64,000 bases of DNA from an uncultured Verrucomicrobiae bacterium (GTDB taxonomy: Bacteria; Verrucomicrobiota; Verrucomicrobiia; Chthoniobacterales; Chthoniobacteraceae): positions 480,001-544,000 of the forward strand of contig CAVYKI010000003.1 of the NCBI GenBank assembly GCA_963769025.1, given 5' to 3'. How positions within the stretch are numbered: the first letter of the stretch is position 1; each line of letters begins with the position of its first letter. A program made the position numbers and the translations under genes. The notes under the pieces are model-generated. The model did no database searches, was not told the DNA's origin, and was given only the letters and a program-made list of their open reading frames with translations. Positions 13,013 through 24,563 of this stretch are shown one piece after another.

Positions 13013-14341
13013 ATGTTCACACGCCGAACTTTCATCCGCCGCACCACCGCCGCCGCAGCAGTGCTTTCATTTCCCGCCGTCGTCCGCTCGGCGAATCCGA
13101 ACTCGAATTTGCAGATCGTGTCCGTCGGCTCCGCCGGCAAGGGGCTGAGCGACATCGCCGAGAACGCTTCGCATCCGAAGGCGAAGTTCGTCGCGTTCTG
13201 CGACGTGGACACGGCTCGATTTGGAGAGGTGGACAAGAGATTCCCCGGCACGCCGCACTATCAGGACTGGCGCGAGATGTTCGCGAAGCTGAGCGGTACG
13301 TTCGACGCGGTGACAGTCTCGACGCCCGACCACTGGCACGCGCCGGTGGCGCTCGCGGCGATGAAGCTACGCAAGCATGTGTATTGCCAGAAGCCGCTCT
13401 CGCACACGGTCTGGGAGGCGCGGCAGATGCGGCGGCAGGCGGAAATTTCCAAGGTGATCACGCAGATGGGAAACCAGATCCACAGCCACGAGGCGTACCG
13501 CACTGCGGTGAAGCTGATCCGCGACGGCGTGATCGGGAAAATCAAGGCGGTGCATTCCTGGCAGCCGAATCCGGGCAACAAATACTCCGGGCTGTCGAAG
13601 CGGCCCGCGCCGTCCGGTGCCGTGGTGCCGGCATCGCTGAACTGGGATCTCTGGATCGGCCCCGCGCCGATGCGGCCGTACGAGCCGGACCTGTATCATC
13701 CCTTCAAGTGGCGCGACTGGATTGATTTCGGCAGCGGCACGATGGGCGACTTCGGATGCCACATCATGGACCCCGTTTTCACGGCGCTGGAACTAACCGC
13801 GCCCATCAGCCTGCGCGCAGAGAACACTGGTGTGAACGAGGAGACGTGGCCCGCGGCGGAGACGATCAGCTACGTTTTCCCCGGCACAAAATGGACGGCG
13901 GACAAGACGCTGCCGCTCACGTGGTATGACGGCGGACGGATGCCCGACCGCGCGCTCATGCAGGTTCCAGACGACGCGAAGGTCGCGGGCGCGGGCTCGC
14001 TGTTCATCGGTGAAGGCGGCACGATGATCCTGCCTCACGTCGCGCTGCCGAAGCTCTACCCGGTCGAGAAATTCGAGAAGTTCGAGATCGAGAAGGTTCC
14101 AAGCACGAGCCACTATCACGCGTGGGTGGAGGGCGCGATCGCGACGACCAGGACAACGGACAGCTTCCATTACGCCGGTCAGCTCACGGAGACCGTGCAA
14201 CTAGGGAACGTCGCCACGCGGGTGCCGGGCGAGACACTGATGTGGGATGCGGAGAATCTGCGCATCACAAACTCCGAGGCTGCGACGAAGCTGCTCACGA
14301 AGGCCTACCGCGACGGCTGGAAGCTCGAAGCGGCGAGCTGA
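13013..14341 (+). CDS. Tat-exported Gfo/Idh/MocA family oxidoreductase
   Basis: TRRTF Tat motif; DAVTVSTPDHWHA, HVYCQKPL, TQMGNQ, WDLWIGPAP, DFGSGTMGDFGCHIMD. Confidence 0.9.
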   Translation: MFTRRTFIRRTTAAAAVLSFPAVVRSANPNSNLQIVSVGSAGKGLSDIAENASHPKAKFVAFCDVDTARFGEVDKRFPGTPHYQDWREMFAKLSGTFDAVTVSTPDHWHAPVALAAMKLRKHVYCQKPLSHTVWEARQMRRQAEISKVITQMGNQIHSHEAYRTAVKLIRDGVIGKIKAVHSWQPNPGNKYSGLSKRPAPSGAVVPASLNWDLWIGPAPMRPYEPDLYHPFKWRDWIDFGSGTMGDFGCHIMDPVFTALELTAPISLRAENTGVNEETWPAAETISYVFPGTKWTADKTLPLTWYDGGRMPDRALMQVPDDAKVAGAGSLFIGEGGTMILPHVALPKLYPVEKFEKFEIEKVPSTSHYHAWVEGAIATTRTTDSFHYAGQLTETVQLGNVATRVPGETLMWDAENLRITNSEAATKLLTKAYRDGWKLEAAS

Positions 14342-14350
14342 CAGCGTTGA

Positions 14351-14490
14351 ATCCGCAGATTGCGCAGATTTTCTCATATGGAAGATCCGCTCGGCTCTAA
14401 CCGCAGCCAGCGTCGCCATCGTACGCACCGGATCAAGACGCGCCATCCCGTTTTCCTCCGACTCTGCGCGAATCTGCGAAATCTTCGGGT
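14351..14490. repeat. Intergenic inverted-repeat element with ~9-nt periodic arms (GCAGATT family), copy 1
   Basis: Left arm ATCCGCAGATTGCGCAGATTTTC; right arm TCTGCGCGAATCTGCGAAATCTTCGGGT; left arm matches 26387. Confidence 0.75.
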
Positions 14491-14548
14491 GACTTTCCTT
14501 CCGAGACACCTGCTCGACACGCGGTGACGTCCGCCGCTTGAATCGCCC

Positions 14549-16939
14549 ATGGCGAAAAAGCGCCCCAACGCGCAAACCCCAGATCCGATTCCTCCTGCGA
14601 CTCCACGGCGTTCGCCCGCGGGGGTGTTCGCATTTCTGGCCGTGGCTGTGCTCCTCGGCTCGGCGCTGGCGTGGTGGAAATTTTCGGGGCGTGGCGAGAC
14701 GCCCGCCGCAATTTCGGCGCACGCGGTGACGAACGCTTCACCCGTGCCCCCGTCAAAACCGACGCCCGCCCTGCCGCCGCTGCTCGAACCGGAGGCACAG
14801 GTCTTCGCGCGCTACGCGGGATCGCAGAGCTGCCGCGAATGTCATGCGGGGCAGTTCGAGTCCTGGGCAAAGTCGAATCACGGGATGGCCGAACGCAACG
14901 TGGATGCGGCGCTCGACACGGCGGCCTTCTCGCCGGAACGGACATTTCACCACGGCACACAGCAGTCCGTGGCGACGCAAGTGGACGGCAAACCCGCGGT
15001 GAAGACGCTGGGCTTTGGCGGAAAGACGGAGACGTATCCCGTTGCCCGCGTCATCGGGCACGATCCGCTGCGGCAGTATCTCGTCGAGGGGGAACGCGGA
15101 CGGTTTCACACGCTCGAAGTCGCGTATGATCCGAAGCGCAACGACTGGTTCGACGTGTACGGCGACGAGGATCGCAAGCCTGGCGAGTGGGGACACTGGA
15201 CGGGGCGCGGGATGGGCTGGAATGCAATGTGCGCGAGCTGCCACAACACGCGCCTTCGGAAAAACTACGACGAGGCGACGGACACCTATCGCACGACGAT
15301 GGCGGAGATGACCGTGGGCTGCGAGTCGTGCCACGGGCCGATGAAGGCGCACGTGGAATGGCGGAAGCAGTATCCGGCGAGCAAGGAGCCGGACCCGACG
15401 GTGAAAAAATTCACGCGCGATCAGACTTTCGACACGTGCGGCTCGTGTCACGCGCGGCGGCGCGAACTCACGGGCGACTTCGTGCCGGGCGATTCGTTCG
15501 GCCAGCATTTCCAGCTCACGACCGTGGACGAGAGCGACCTCTACTATCCCGACGGCCAGGTGCGCGACGAGCTCTACGAGTACGGCTCGTTTCACGGCAG
15601 CAAGATGCACACGGCGGGTGTGCGCTGCTCGGATTGCCACGACCCCCATGCCGCGAAGCCGCGCCTCATGGGCAATGCGCTGTGCGTGCGTTGCCACACC
15701 GGCGCGCCGGGGCAGATTCCCGGCAGCGCCGTGATCGCACCGGTGATCGATCCCGTCGCGCACAGCTTTCACAAGGCCGACAGCGCGGGCGCGCAATGCG
15801 TGGCCTGCCACATGCCGGTGACGACCTACATGCAGCGCCATCCGCGGCACGACCACAGCTTCTCCATTCCCGATCCGCTGCTCACCAAGCAGCACGGCGT
15901 GCCGAACGCGTGCAACAAATGCCACACGGACAAGGATGCCGACTGGTCGCTCACCGCGACGGAGAAGTGGTGGGGCGACAAGATGAAGCGCCCGTCGCGG
16001 GAACGCGCACAGGCCGTGGCCGCGGCGCGCGCAGGGACGCTCACTTCACCCGCGCCGCTGCTCACGCTGCTGCGGGCTGAGCCGAATGGATACTGGAAGG
16101 CTTCGCTGATCCGGCTGCTCGGCGCGTGGAGCGCGGATCCGGAGGTGTCGCGGGCATTCCTCGAATATGCGCAGCACCCCGACCCGCTCGTGCGCACGGC
16201 GGCGGTGCAGGGGCTGGAATCCGTCGGCGGCCAACTCCGTGCCGCCGCGCAGCAGATTCTCGCGCGTCGCATCGAAGACGCGGAGCGGACAGTCCGGGTT
16301 GCCGCTGCGTCCGCGATGCGTGCCGTGCCGGACTTGGCGTCGCGTGCTTACCGCGAACTGATGCACGCGCTCGACCTCTCGGCGGATCAGCCGACGGGCC
16401 AGCTTCAGAAAGGCGCGTGGGCGCATTCGCAAGGCGATGGAGCGGGAGCGCTCAGGCATTTTGAAAAAGCCGTTTCCTGGGATCCGAATTCCGGCGGCAT
16501 CCGGCACGAATACGCGGTGCTGCTCAGCTCACTCGGGCGCACGCAGGATGCGCTGAAGCAGATGGAGGAAGCCGTGCGGCTGGAACCGAAGCAGGCGGAG
16601 TTCCGCTTCAAACTCGCGCTCGCGTGGAACGAGGCGGGCAACATGCAGAACGCGGTGCGGGAATTTGAGGAGACGGTGCGGATCGACAAGCGGCACGCGC
16701 GCGCATGGTACAATCTCGGCCTCGCGCGCAATGCGCTCGGCAAACCCGCCGAGGCCATCGCCGCGCTCCGCGAAGCCGAGGCGGCGGAGCCGCGCGATGC
16801 GCGAATCCCGTATGCCCGCGCGACGATCCATGCGCGGCTCGGACAGCGAGCCGAAGCCCGCCAAGCCGCGCAGGCTGCGCTCGCGATTCAGCCGGATTAC
16901 CAGGAAGCGCGGCAATTGCTGCAGGCGCTCGGGCAGTAG
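14549..16939 (+). CDS. Membrane-anchored multiheme cytochrome c with HEAT-like and TPR repeats
   Basis: N-terminal TM; eight CxxCH (CRECH, CASCH, CESCH, CGSCH, CSDCH, CVRCH, CVACH, CNKCH); C-terminal TPRs ([10 protein letters not shown]). Confidence 0.9.
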   Translation: MAKKRPNAQTPDPIPPATPRRSPAGVFAFLAVAVLLGSALAWWKFSGRGETPAAISAHAVTNASPVPPSKPTPALPPLLEPEAQVFARYAGSQSCRECHAGQFESWAKSNHGMAERNVDAALDTAAFSPERTFHHGTQQSVATQVDGKPAVKTLGFGGKTETYPVARVIGHDPLRQYLVEGERGRFHTLEVAYDPKRNDWFDVYGDEDRKPGEWGHWTGRGMGWNAMCASCHNTRLRKNYDEATDTYRTTMAEMTVGCESCHGPMKAHVEWRKQYPASKEPDPTVKKFTRDQTFDTCGSCHARRRELTGDFVPGDSFGQHFQLTTVDESDLYYPDGQVRDELYEYGSFHGSKMHTAGVRCSDCHDPHAAKPRLMGNALCVRCHTGAPGQIPGSAVIAPVIDPVAHSFHKADSAGAQCVACHMPVTTYMQRHPRHDHSFSIPDPLLTKQHGVPNACNKCHTDKDADWSLTATEKWWGDKMKRPSRERAQAVAAARAGTLTSPAPLLTLLRAEPNGYWKASLIRLLGAWSADPEVSRAFLEYAQHPDPLVRTAAVQGLESVGGQLRAAAQQILARRIEDAERTVRVAAASAMRAVPDLASRAYRELMHALDLSADQPTGQLQKGAWAHSQGDGAGALRHFEKAVSWDPNSGGIRHEYAVLLSSLGRTQDALKQMEEAVRLEPKQAEFRFKLALAWNEAGNMQNAVREFEETVRIDKRHARAWYNLGLARNALGKPAEAIAALREAEAAEPRDARIPYARATIHARLGQRAEARQAAQAALAIQPDYQEARQLLQALGQ

Positions 16940-17020
16940 CCGCTGACGGAAGGAAGCAGGCTGATCCTGATTTTTTGGCCACGTGCAAAAGATTGCCCGC
17001 CTCCTTCCGTCGGCGGCTAC
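16936..17020. repeat. GTAG-type REP doublet between convergent genes
   Basis: GTAGCCGCTGACGGAAGGAAGCAGGC ... GCCCGCCTCCTTCCGTCGGCGGCTAC inverted arms; related arm at 21748-21773. Confidence 0.75.
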
Positions 17021-17031
17021 GAATGGCGCGG

Positions 17032-17910
17032 CTACAGCGGGTGGCCCGTGAGCCGCTCGTAGGCGTCGAGGTATTTCGCGGCGGTCTCCCGGACGACTTC
17101 GTCGGGAAGTTGCGGGGCGGGCGGGGTCTTGTCCCAGTCGAGCGTTTCGAGGTAGTCGCGGACGAATTGCTTGTCGAAGCTCGGCGGCGAAATGCCGACG
17201 CGGTAGTCGGCGGCGGGCCAGTAGCGCGAGCTGTCGGGGGTCATCACTTCGTCGATCAAAATCACGCGGCCGTCGAGCACGCCAAACTCGAACTTGGTAT
17301 CCGCCAAAATGATCCCGCGTTCCGCGGCGTGCGCGCGGCCTTCCTCGTAGATGCGGATTGCGAGGTCGCGCGCCTGTGTCGCGACGCCCTCGCCGCAGAG
17401 GCGCACGCATTCGTCCCACGCGATGTTTTCGTCGTGGCCGGTCGCGGCCTTGGTCGCGGGGGTGAAGATCGTCTGCGGCAGCTTTTCCGCCTGCTGCAGG
17501 CCGGCGGGCAGCGCGATGCCGCACACGGCGCCGGTGCGCTGGTAGTCCTTCCAGCCGGAGCCGATGAGGTAGCCGCGCACGACGCATTCGACGGGCAGCG
17601 GCTTCGCCTTGCGCACGATCATCGAGCGGCCGCGGAGCTGCTGGTCGAACGGCTTCAGCGCGTCGGGGAAAATGTCGAAATCCACGGCGACGAGGTGATT
17701 CTCGACGAACTTCATTTTCCCAAACCAGAACGCGGAGAGCTGCGTGAGCACCTCGCCTTTGCGCGGGATGGCGTTGGGCAGGATGCAGTCGAAGGCCGAG
17801 ATGCGATCCGTCGCGACGAAGAGCAGGTGTTCGCCGAGGTCGAAGATCTCGCGCACTTTGCCGCTGGCGACTTTGCGGATGCCGGGAAGGTCGAGGGTGA
17901 GGATGTCCAT
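17032..17910 (-). CDS. purC: Phosphoribosylaminoimidazole-succinocarboxamide synthase
   Basis: [64 protein letters not shown]. Confidence 0.97.
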   Translation of the reverse strand: MDILTLDLPGIRKVASGKVREIFDLGEHLLFVATDRISAFDCILPNAIPRKGEVLTQLSAFWFGKMKFVENHLVAVDFDIFPDALKPFDQQLRGRSMIVRKAKPLPVECVVRGYLIGSGWKDYQRTGAVCGIALPAGLQQAEKLPQTIFTPATKAATGHDENIAWDECVRLCGEGVATQARDLAIRIYEEGRAHAAERGIILADTKFEFGVLDGRVILIDEVMTPDSSRYWPAADYRVGISPPSFDKQFVRDYLETLDWDKTPPAPQLPDEVVRETAAKYLDAYERLTGHPL

Positions 17911-18102
17911 GCGCCGTGCGGGATGGCGGATGCGCAGCGTGTTGTCGAGCAAGCGCGCAGCGGAGCACGCGCGCGCATTCCGATACGGTGCCTGCATCCG
18001 GAACGTCCCTGCGGCGGGATCAAAGCCGAGCTTCCTGCGTCCGACGGACCCGAGCACCGGCACTTGCGTAGTTCGCGGAGTGGGACAACATCTGGCGTGC
18101 GA

Positions 18103-20003
18103 ATGCCCTCCGTTTTTTCAGCATCAGTATGTGTGTCGGTGATTGCGATCGCGCACCTCTCCGCCGGGCCCTCGCTGGACGAGGGGCGGAAGCACTGGGC
18201 CTTTCAGCCGCTGCGCGCCGATGCTCCCCCTGCGGTGCGCGACGCAGCGTGGGTGCGGAACGATGTGGATCGCTTCATCCTGGCAAAGCTCGAAGCCGCC
18301 GGACTGCGTCCTTCGCCGGAGGCGGATCGCGCGACGCTCATCCGACGCGTGACGCTCGACCTTATCGGCTTGCCGCCGACGCCGGAGGCAGATCGCCGCA
18401 TTTGCCGCGGATGAATCGCCGCAGGCCTGGGAGCGAGTGATCGATCGCCTGCTGGCGAGCCCGCACTACGGCGAACGTTGGGGGCGGCACTGGCTCGACC
18501 TCGCGCGCTACGCGGACAGCAGCGGCTTTCACAACGACCTCGACCGGCCGCACGCGTGGAAGTATCGCGACTACGTCATCCGCAGCTTCAACGAGGACAA
18601 GCCCTACGCGCGATTCGTCGCCGAGCAGCTCGCGGGCGATGAGGTGGACGGCGCGGACGAACAGTCGCTCATCGCCACGGGCTTCTGCCGCAACGGTCCG
18701 AGCAACGACGACAACATGGGCAAGACGCCCGAGGCGCTGGCCCAGTATCGCGCCGATCAGCTCGACGACGTCATCTCCACGACAGGCTCCGTCTTTCTCG
18801 GGGTCACGATCGGCTGCGCACGCTGCCACAATCACAAGACCGATCCGATCACCGCGAAGGACTACTATTCCCTGCTGGCGGTCTTCAACGGCACGCAGAA
18901 ATACGGGCTGGTGCCAGGCACGGAGGATGCGAACGGCAAGAAGGTGAAAACGGACCCGTCGGTGCAGATTCAAGGACTCGTCGAGAACGGTCCGAAAGTG
19001 CCGGCGACACACGTGCTGCGGCGCGGGCTGGCGACAAAGCCCGGCGATGAAGTCGGTCCCGCCGTGCCCGCAGTGCTCGCGCAGGAGCCGCTGCGCTTCC
19101 CCGAGCCGCGAGCGGACGCGAAGACCTCGCTGCGGCGCCGGACGCTCGCGGAGTGGATCACCGCACCGGAAAACGCGCTCACGTGGCGCGTGCTCGCGAA
19201 TCGCATGTGGCAGCATCATTTCGGGAAGGGCATCGTCGCCACGCCGAGCAACTTTGGCTTCACTGGCGCGGTGCCCACGCATCCCGAATTGCTCGACTAT
19301 CTCGCGAGGCAGCTCATCGCGAATGGCGGACATTTGAAGCCGCTGCACAAGCTGCTGCTCATGTCGGCGACCTATCGGCAATCGGCGCAGCACCGCGCGG
19401 ATGCCGTCGCAAGCGATCCGTCGAACAGTCTGCTCTCCCGCATGAATCTTCGCCGAATGGAAGCCGAAGTGGTGCGCGACAGCATCCTCGCCGCGAGCGG
19501 GAAGCTGAACCCGAAGGCGGGCGGGCCGGGCATCAAGCCGCGCCTCCGCCCGGAACTGCTCCCCGCGAGCCAGCGCAACAAGTGGCCGGTGATCGACAAG
19601 GAAGACGCGCGGCACTGGCGGCGCAGCGTTTACATCTACACGAAGCGCCAGCTCCTCATGCCGATGATGGAGCTGTTTGACGCGCCGACGACGACGGACA
19701 GTTGCGCCGCGCGGCTCGCGAGCGTCGTGCCGACGCAGGCGCTCGTGCTGATGAACGACGAGTTTGTCGAGGAGCAGGCGGCGTTCCTCGCGGAGCGCGC
19801 GGCTCGCGAGGCGGGCGACGAACCGCGCCGCGCCATCGAGCGCATGTTCGTGCTCACGTTGGCGCGCGCGCCTGGCGCGGAGCGGGTGCAGGAGGCGCTG
19901 GCCTTCGTGCAATCGCGCGAGGCGGAATGCGGACCGGGCGGGCGCGCTGGCCGATCTCGCCCACGTGCTGTTGAACAGCAGCGAATTCATCTACATCGAA
20001 TGA
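18103..20003 (+). CDS. DUF1549/DUF1553 (PSCyt2/PSD1) protein; frameshifts near 18400 and 19940
   Basis: [92 protein letters not shown]. Confidence 0.85.
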
Positions 20004-21449
20004 CCGCGCCCGTTTTCACCCGCAGACATTTTCTCCAGCGCGCCGGCGGCGGCTTTGGCGCACTCGCGCTCCAATCGCTGCTCTCGCGCGCAGGGCTGCT
20101 CGCATCCGAAAATCCGCAATCCGCGAATCCCCTCGCGCCGCGCAAGCCGCACTTCGCGCCGCAGGCGCAGCTCGGTGATCTTCCTCTTCATGTACGGCGG
20201 GCCGAGCCACGTCGATTTGTTCGACCCGAAGCCCGCGCTCGCGAAATGGAACGGCAAGCCGATTCCCGTCTGGAAACAGGAGGACGCCTTCATGGGCGCG
20301 AAGACGAAGAACGTGGCGATGGCCAGCCCCTACACGTTCGCGAAGCACGGGCAGGCGGGCATCGACATCGCGGAGACGTTTCCGAACCTCGCGCGCCACG
20401 CGGACAAGCTGTGCGTCATCCGCTCGATGCACGCGGAGAGCAACAACCACGGGCCGGCGCTCTTCCAGATGAACACCGGCTCCATCCTGCGCGGGCCGGC
20501 CGAGCATGGGCTCGTGGGTCACGTACGGCCTCGGCTCCGAGAGCGAAAACCTGCCCGCGTTCGTCGTGCTGCTCGATCACCAGGGCGCGCCGGTGAACGG
20601 CGCGCTGAACTGGTCGAACGGCTTCATGCCCGCCGTCGTATCAGGGCGTGCCGTTCCGCAGCAGCGGCGAGCCGATCGCGTATCTCACGCCGCCGAAAAG
20701 CGTGACCGCGCAGCGGCAGCGCGCGCGGCTCGATCTGCTGAAGCAGTGGAACACCGACTACGCCGCCGCGCATCCCGCCGAGAGCGAGTCTCGCCGCGCG
20801 CATCAACGCCTACGAACTCGCCTTCCGCATGCAGATGAGCGCGACGGAATGCACGGATCTCGGCCCGCGAGCCGGAATCGGTCCGCCAGAGCTCTACGGC
20901 CTCGACGACAAGGTCACCGCGCACTTCGGCCAGAACTGCCTGCTCGCGCGCCGGCTCGTCGAGCGCGGCGTGCGCTTCGTGCAGGTCTACAGCGGCGGCA
21001 ACGAAGGCCCGAAGGCCTGGGACGCGCACGACGACCTGAAGAAGAATCACGACCTGCACTGCGCCGAGACCGACCGGCCCGATCGCCGCGCTGCTCGACG
21101 ATCTGCAAGTCGCGCGGCCTGCTCGACACGACGCTCGTCGTCTGGGGCGGCGAGTTCGGCCGCTCGCCCGTCGCCGGAGAACGGCAAGGGCCGCGACCAT
21201 CATCCCGAAGGGCTTCACGATGTGGATGGCCGGCGGCGGCATCAAAGGCGGCATGATCCACGGCGCGACCGACGAGTTCGGCTACGACGCCATCGAGGAC
21301 AAGGTCTCCGTGCCCGACCTGCACGCCACGATGCCTGCACCTGCTCGGCCTCGATCACGAGGAGCTGACGTATCGCTATCACGGGCCGCGATTTCCGCCT
21401 CACGGACGTGAGCGGCGAGGTGCTGAAAAGCGTGCTCGCCGCGCGGTAG
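20000..21449 (+). CDS. DUF1501 family protein, Tat-like leader; many frameshifts
   Basis: [98 protein letters not shown] overlap with upstream gene. Confidence 0.85.
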
Positions 21450-21470
21450 CGCGCGGCTCGCGCAGCGGAT

Positions 21471-21680
21471 TCAGAAGCGCGTCTTGATCTTGCACGCGCG
21501 CAGCACGCACCAGCCGCGCACGGTCTCGACGGTTCCGACGAGGCCGGCAATCGCGAGCATCAGCGCGAGCCAGCGGACGCCTGCGCGATACGCGAAGACG
21601 GCTGCGGCGAACAGGACCACGGCCATGACGCCGCGAAAGATGCGGCCGCGGCGGTCAATGTTGGGAGTCCAGAAGCCCAT
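21471..21680 (-). CDS. Small membrane protein, DUF2892/YgaP-like
   Basis: NIDRRGRIFR + two TM segments + GWC..RACKIKT. Confidence 0.7.
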   Translation of the reverse strand: MGFWTPNIDRRGRIFRGVMAVVLFAAAVFAYRAGVRWLALMLAIAGLVGTVETVRGWCVLRACKIKTRF

Positions 21681-21747
21681 GGGTTTGGAATGACTGTGAT
21701 TCGGGTTGAGAGCAATGCGGCGGTGGAGGCGCCGAGACCGAAGAAAT

Positions 21748-21773
21748 GCCCGCCTCCTTCCATCGGCGGCTAC
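21748..21773 (-). repeat. Single GTAG-type REP arm, same family as 16936-17020
   Basis: GCCCGCCTCCTTCCATCGGCGGCTAC differs from 16995-17020 at one position; its GTAG contains the ABC gene stop codon. Confidence 0.7.
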
Positions 21774-23549
21774 GTGCCGAGGTTTGCCGAGCGGTAGAGC
21801 TGCGCGTAGCGTCCGCCACGCTCGACGAGTTCGGGGCCTTTGCCTTCCTCCAGCACGGTGCCGTCGCCGAGCACGACGATCTTATCCACCCGGTGCACGG
21901 TCGCGATGCGATGCGTGATGATGAGCGTGGTGCGTCCGCGCATGAGTTCCTCGAGCGTGGTCATGATGGCGGCCTCGGTCGTCGGGTCGAGTGCGCTGGT
22001 CGGCTCGTCGAGGATGAGGATCGGCGCGTTCTTCAAAAATGCGCGTGCGATGCCGATGCGCTGACGCTGGCCGACGCTGAGATGGCCGCCGCGTTCGCCG
22101 ACCTGGCTGCGGTAGCCGTCGGGCATCTCGGTGATGAAGTCGTGCGCCTGCGCGCGCTTCGCGGCCTCGATGATTTCCTCCTCGGTCGCGTCGGGGCGGC
22201 CGTAGGCGATGTTCTCGCGCACGGTCGTGGAGAAGAGCAGCGTGTCCTGGAGCACGATGCTGATGTGGTTGCGGAGCGACTTCTTGGTGAACTCGCGAAG
22301 GTCGTGCCCGTCAATCAGCACGCGGCCCGCGGTCGGATCGTAGAAACGCGGCACGAGCGAGAGCAGCGTGCTTTTTCCCGCGCCGGTGCCGCCGACGAAT
22401 GCGACCGTCTGCCCCGGCTCGATACGCACATTCACCCGCTGCAAAATGGGACGATCTGCGCTGTAGCCAAACGCCACATCCTCGAACACGAGTTCACCGC
22501 GCGTCTCGGTGAGTGTCTTCGCATCGGGTGCGTCGGGCACGTCGTTTTGCCGGTCGAGCACCTCGAAGCAGCGCTGCACGCCCGCCGCCGCGCCCTGCAG
22601 CGCCCATGCGATGTGCGTGAGCGCTTCGAGCGGCTGGTAGAGCATGAGCAGCAGCGTGCTGAGAGTACCAGATCTGCCCGATGGTGAGCGTGCCCTCCAT
22701 CACGTGCCGGGCACCGACGTAGAACATCGCCGCCGAACTCGCCGCGATGAGCGTGCCGACAAGCAGCGCGCTTTTCATCGAGGTCGCGTTCAGCCGCAGG
22801 TTTGCCTCGAGGCTGCCGTGTGCGCGCTTTTTGAACTGCCCCACCTCGTGCTCCTCGCGGCCGAATGCCTGCACCATTTTCACCGAGCTGAGCCCCTCCT
22901 GCGCGACCATGAGCACGCCGCTCTCCTGCTCGGCGATCTCGGTCGAGTGGTCGCGGATGCGTTTTGCGTAGAGGTAAATCGCGAGCACCATGAACGGCAC
23001 CACGAGCAGCGAGAGCAGCGCGATCTGCCAGTCGAACGCCCACATCGTGGCGAACGTCGCGACGAGCGTGATCGTGCTTTGGAAAATGAAGAACCACTTG
23101 CTGTACACCGCCTGGATGCTCTGCGAGTCGTAGGCCACGCGGAAGCTGCTGTCCGCGCTGCGGCGCTCATCGTGGAATTTCAGCGGGAGCGACTGGAGAT
23201 ACGCGTACAGCTCCGTGCGCAGCCGCAGCAGCGAGTGCAGGCTCACGCGTAGCGTCATGATGCTCGTGAGATAGCCGATGCCGCCGGCGAGGATGTGCAG
23301 GATCACCATGAGCCCGCACACCGCCGCGAGGATCGCCGGGAGGCTCCACGCGCCGAGATCGTATCCCCAGATGGAAAGCCCGCGGCCATCGGCGTGCGCG
23401 GAAGCAGGGAGCAGCTTGTCCACGATGAAGGCGAGCGGCCACGGGCGCAGCAGATTGAACGCATTCGCCACGAGCGTCAGCGCCATCGCCCCGGCGGTCG
23501 GCCCGAGGTAGGGACGGAAATAGGCAAACGCTCGGCGATGGACGGACAT
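21770..23549 (-). CDS. ABC exporter, fused permease/ATP-binding subunit; frameshift near 22660
   Basis: TM domain in ORF 22494..23633; Walker A GGTGAGKS, LSVGQRQR, ILILDEPTSALD in ORF 21770..22645. Confidence 0.9.
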
Positions 23550-23617
23550 TCGTGCGGATAGGATCACGTCCGGGGCGCCCTTGGCAATCGCGGAGGCGGT
23601 GAAGGCGTGCCTTAATT

Positions 23618-23689
23618 GAACCACGGAGATCACGGAGAGCGCGGAGCCCGAATCAATCCTCTCCTCGTCCTCCGTAAACTCTGTGGTTC
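23618..23689. repeat. Inverted-repeat element with ~9-nt periodic arms (CACGGAG family) between divergent genes
   Basis: GAACCACGGAGATCACGGAG ... CTCCGTAAACTCTGTGGTTC (17/20 complementary by eye). Confidence 0.65.
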
Positions 23690-23776
23690 GGTAAAAACGC
23701 GAGTTTCAGCAGCTTGCGCTTCCCGTTGCGATTCGCGGTTGATTGATGCGCGGCGCTCGGCTACGAGCACGGCCAA

Positions 23777-24364
23777 ATGATTGCCGGACTCGTTCTCTTC
23801 GCCGCCGTAGTTGTGTTTCGCCTGCTGCCCGTCTTCCTCGGGATGACGGTGCACCAGCCTGGGTGGCTGCCGAATTTCTCGCCCATGGCGGCGCTCTGCC
23901 TGTGCGGCGCGGCGTTCCTCCCGCGGCGACTCGCCATCGCGGTGCCGCTCGTGGCGCTGCTCGGCACGGACCTCGTGCTGAACGCGCACTTCGGCTTCCC
24001 GCTTTTCACGATCGAGTTTTTTGCAAAGACGGTTGCCTTCGCCGCCGTGATCGCGCTCGGCTGGAAGCTGCGGAAGAGCGCCCGCCCCGGTGTGATTCTG
24101 CCCGCCGTGCTCGGCGGTTCGCTGTTCTTCTACATCGCGACCAACACGGCCTCCTGGCTCTACGAGCCAGGCTACGCAAAGTCCGCCGCCGGCTGGCTGC
24201 AGGCGATGACGACCGGTCTCCCCGGCTTCCCGCCGACGTGGGTTTTCTATCGCAACACGCTCGCAGGCGACGTGCTCTTCGCCGCGCTCTTCCTCGCGTG
24301 CATGCACTGGAGCCGCCGGCCCTCGGCGGCGGCTGCGCCCGATCCGGTCGGAGCGATCCGCTAG
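23777..24364 (+). CDS. Integral membrane protein, DUF6580-like putative transport component
   Basis: NFSPMAALCLCGA, SLFFYIATN, FYRNTLAGD; 5-6 TM segments. Confidence 0.65.
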   Translation: MIAGLVLFAAVVVFRLLPVFLGMTVHQPGWLPNFSPMAALCLCGAAFLPRRLAIAVPLVALLGTDLVLNAHFGFPLFTIEFFAKTVAFAAVIALGWKLRKSARPGVILPAVLGGSLFFYIATNTASWLYEPGYAKSAAGWLQAMTTGLPGFPPTWVFYRNTLAGDVLFAALFLACMHWSRRPSAAAAPDPVGAIR

Positions 24365-24507
24365 CGCGGAGCGTCGCAGCTTTCGGATGCTGCGCTCTTA
24401 GCCGAACTCTGTTCGCAATCCTGTTCCCGAACGCCGTCTGCACGGCCCGGGATTAGGATTCAGATTGCGAATAAGATGAAGTGGGAAATCACGGCTGAGG
24501 CCAGCCA

Positions 24508-24536
24508 TTGACGCCACGTCGAAGGGCCACCATATT
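24508..24536 (+). promoter_or_regulatory. Putative sigma70 promoter for lepA
   Basis: TTGACG (24508-24513), 17 bp spacer, CATATT (24531-24536), shortly upstream of ATG 24564. Confidence 0.55.
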
Positions 24537-24563
24537 CCGCCCCCTTTTTTCCAAAGACTCTCC

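Noticed and set aside
23690..23776. Cobalamin or other riboswitch ahead of the DUF6580-like gene
   Set aside because: No B12 box or other recognisable aptamer core in the short interval.
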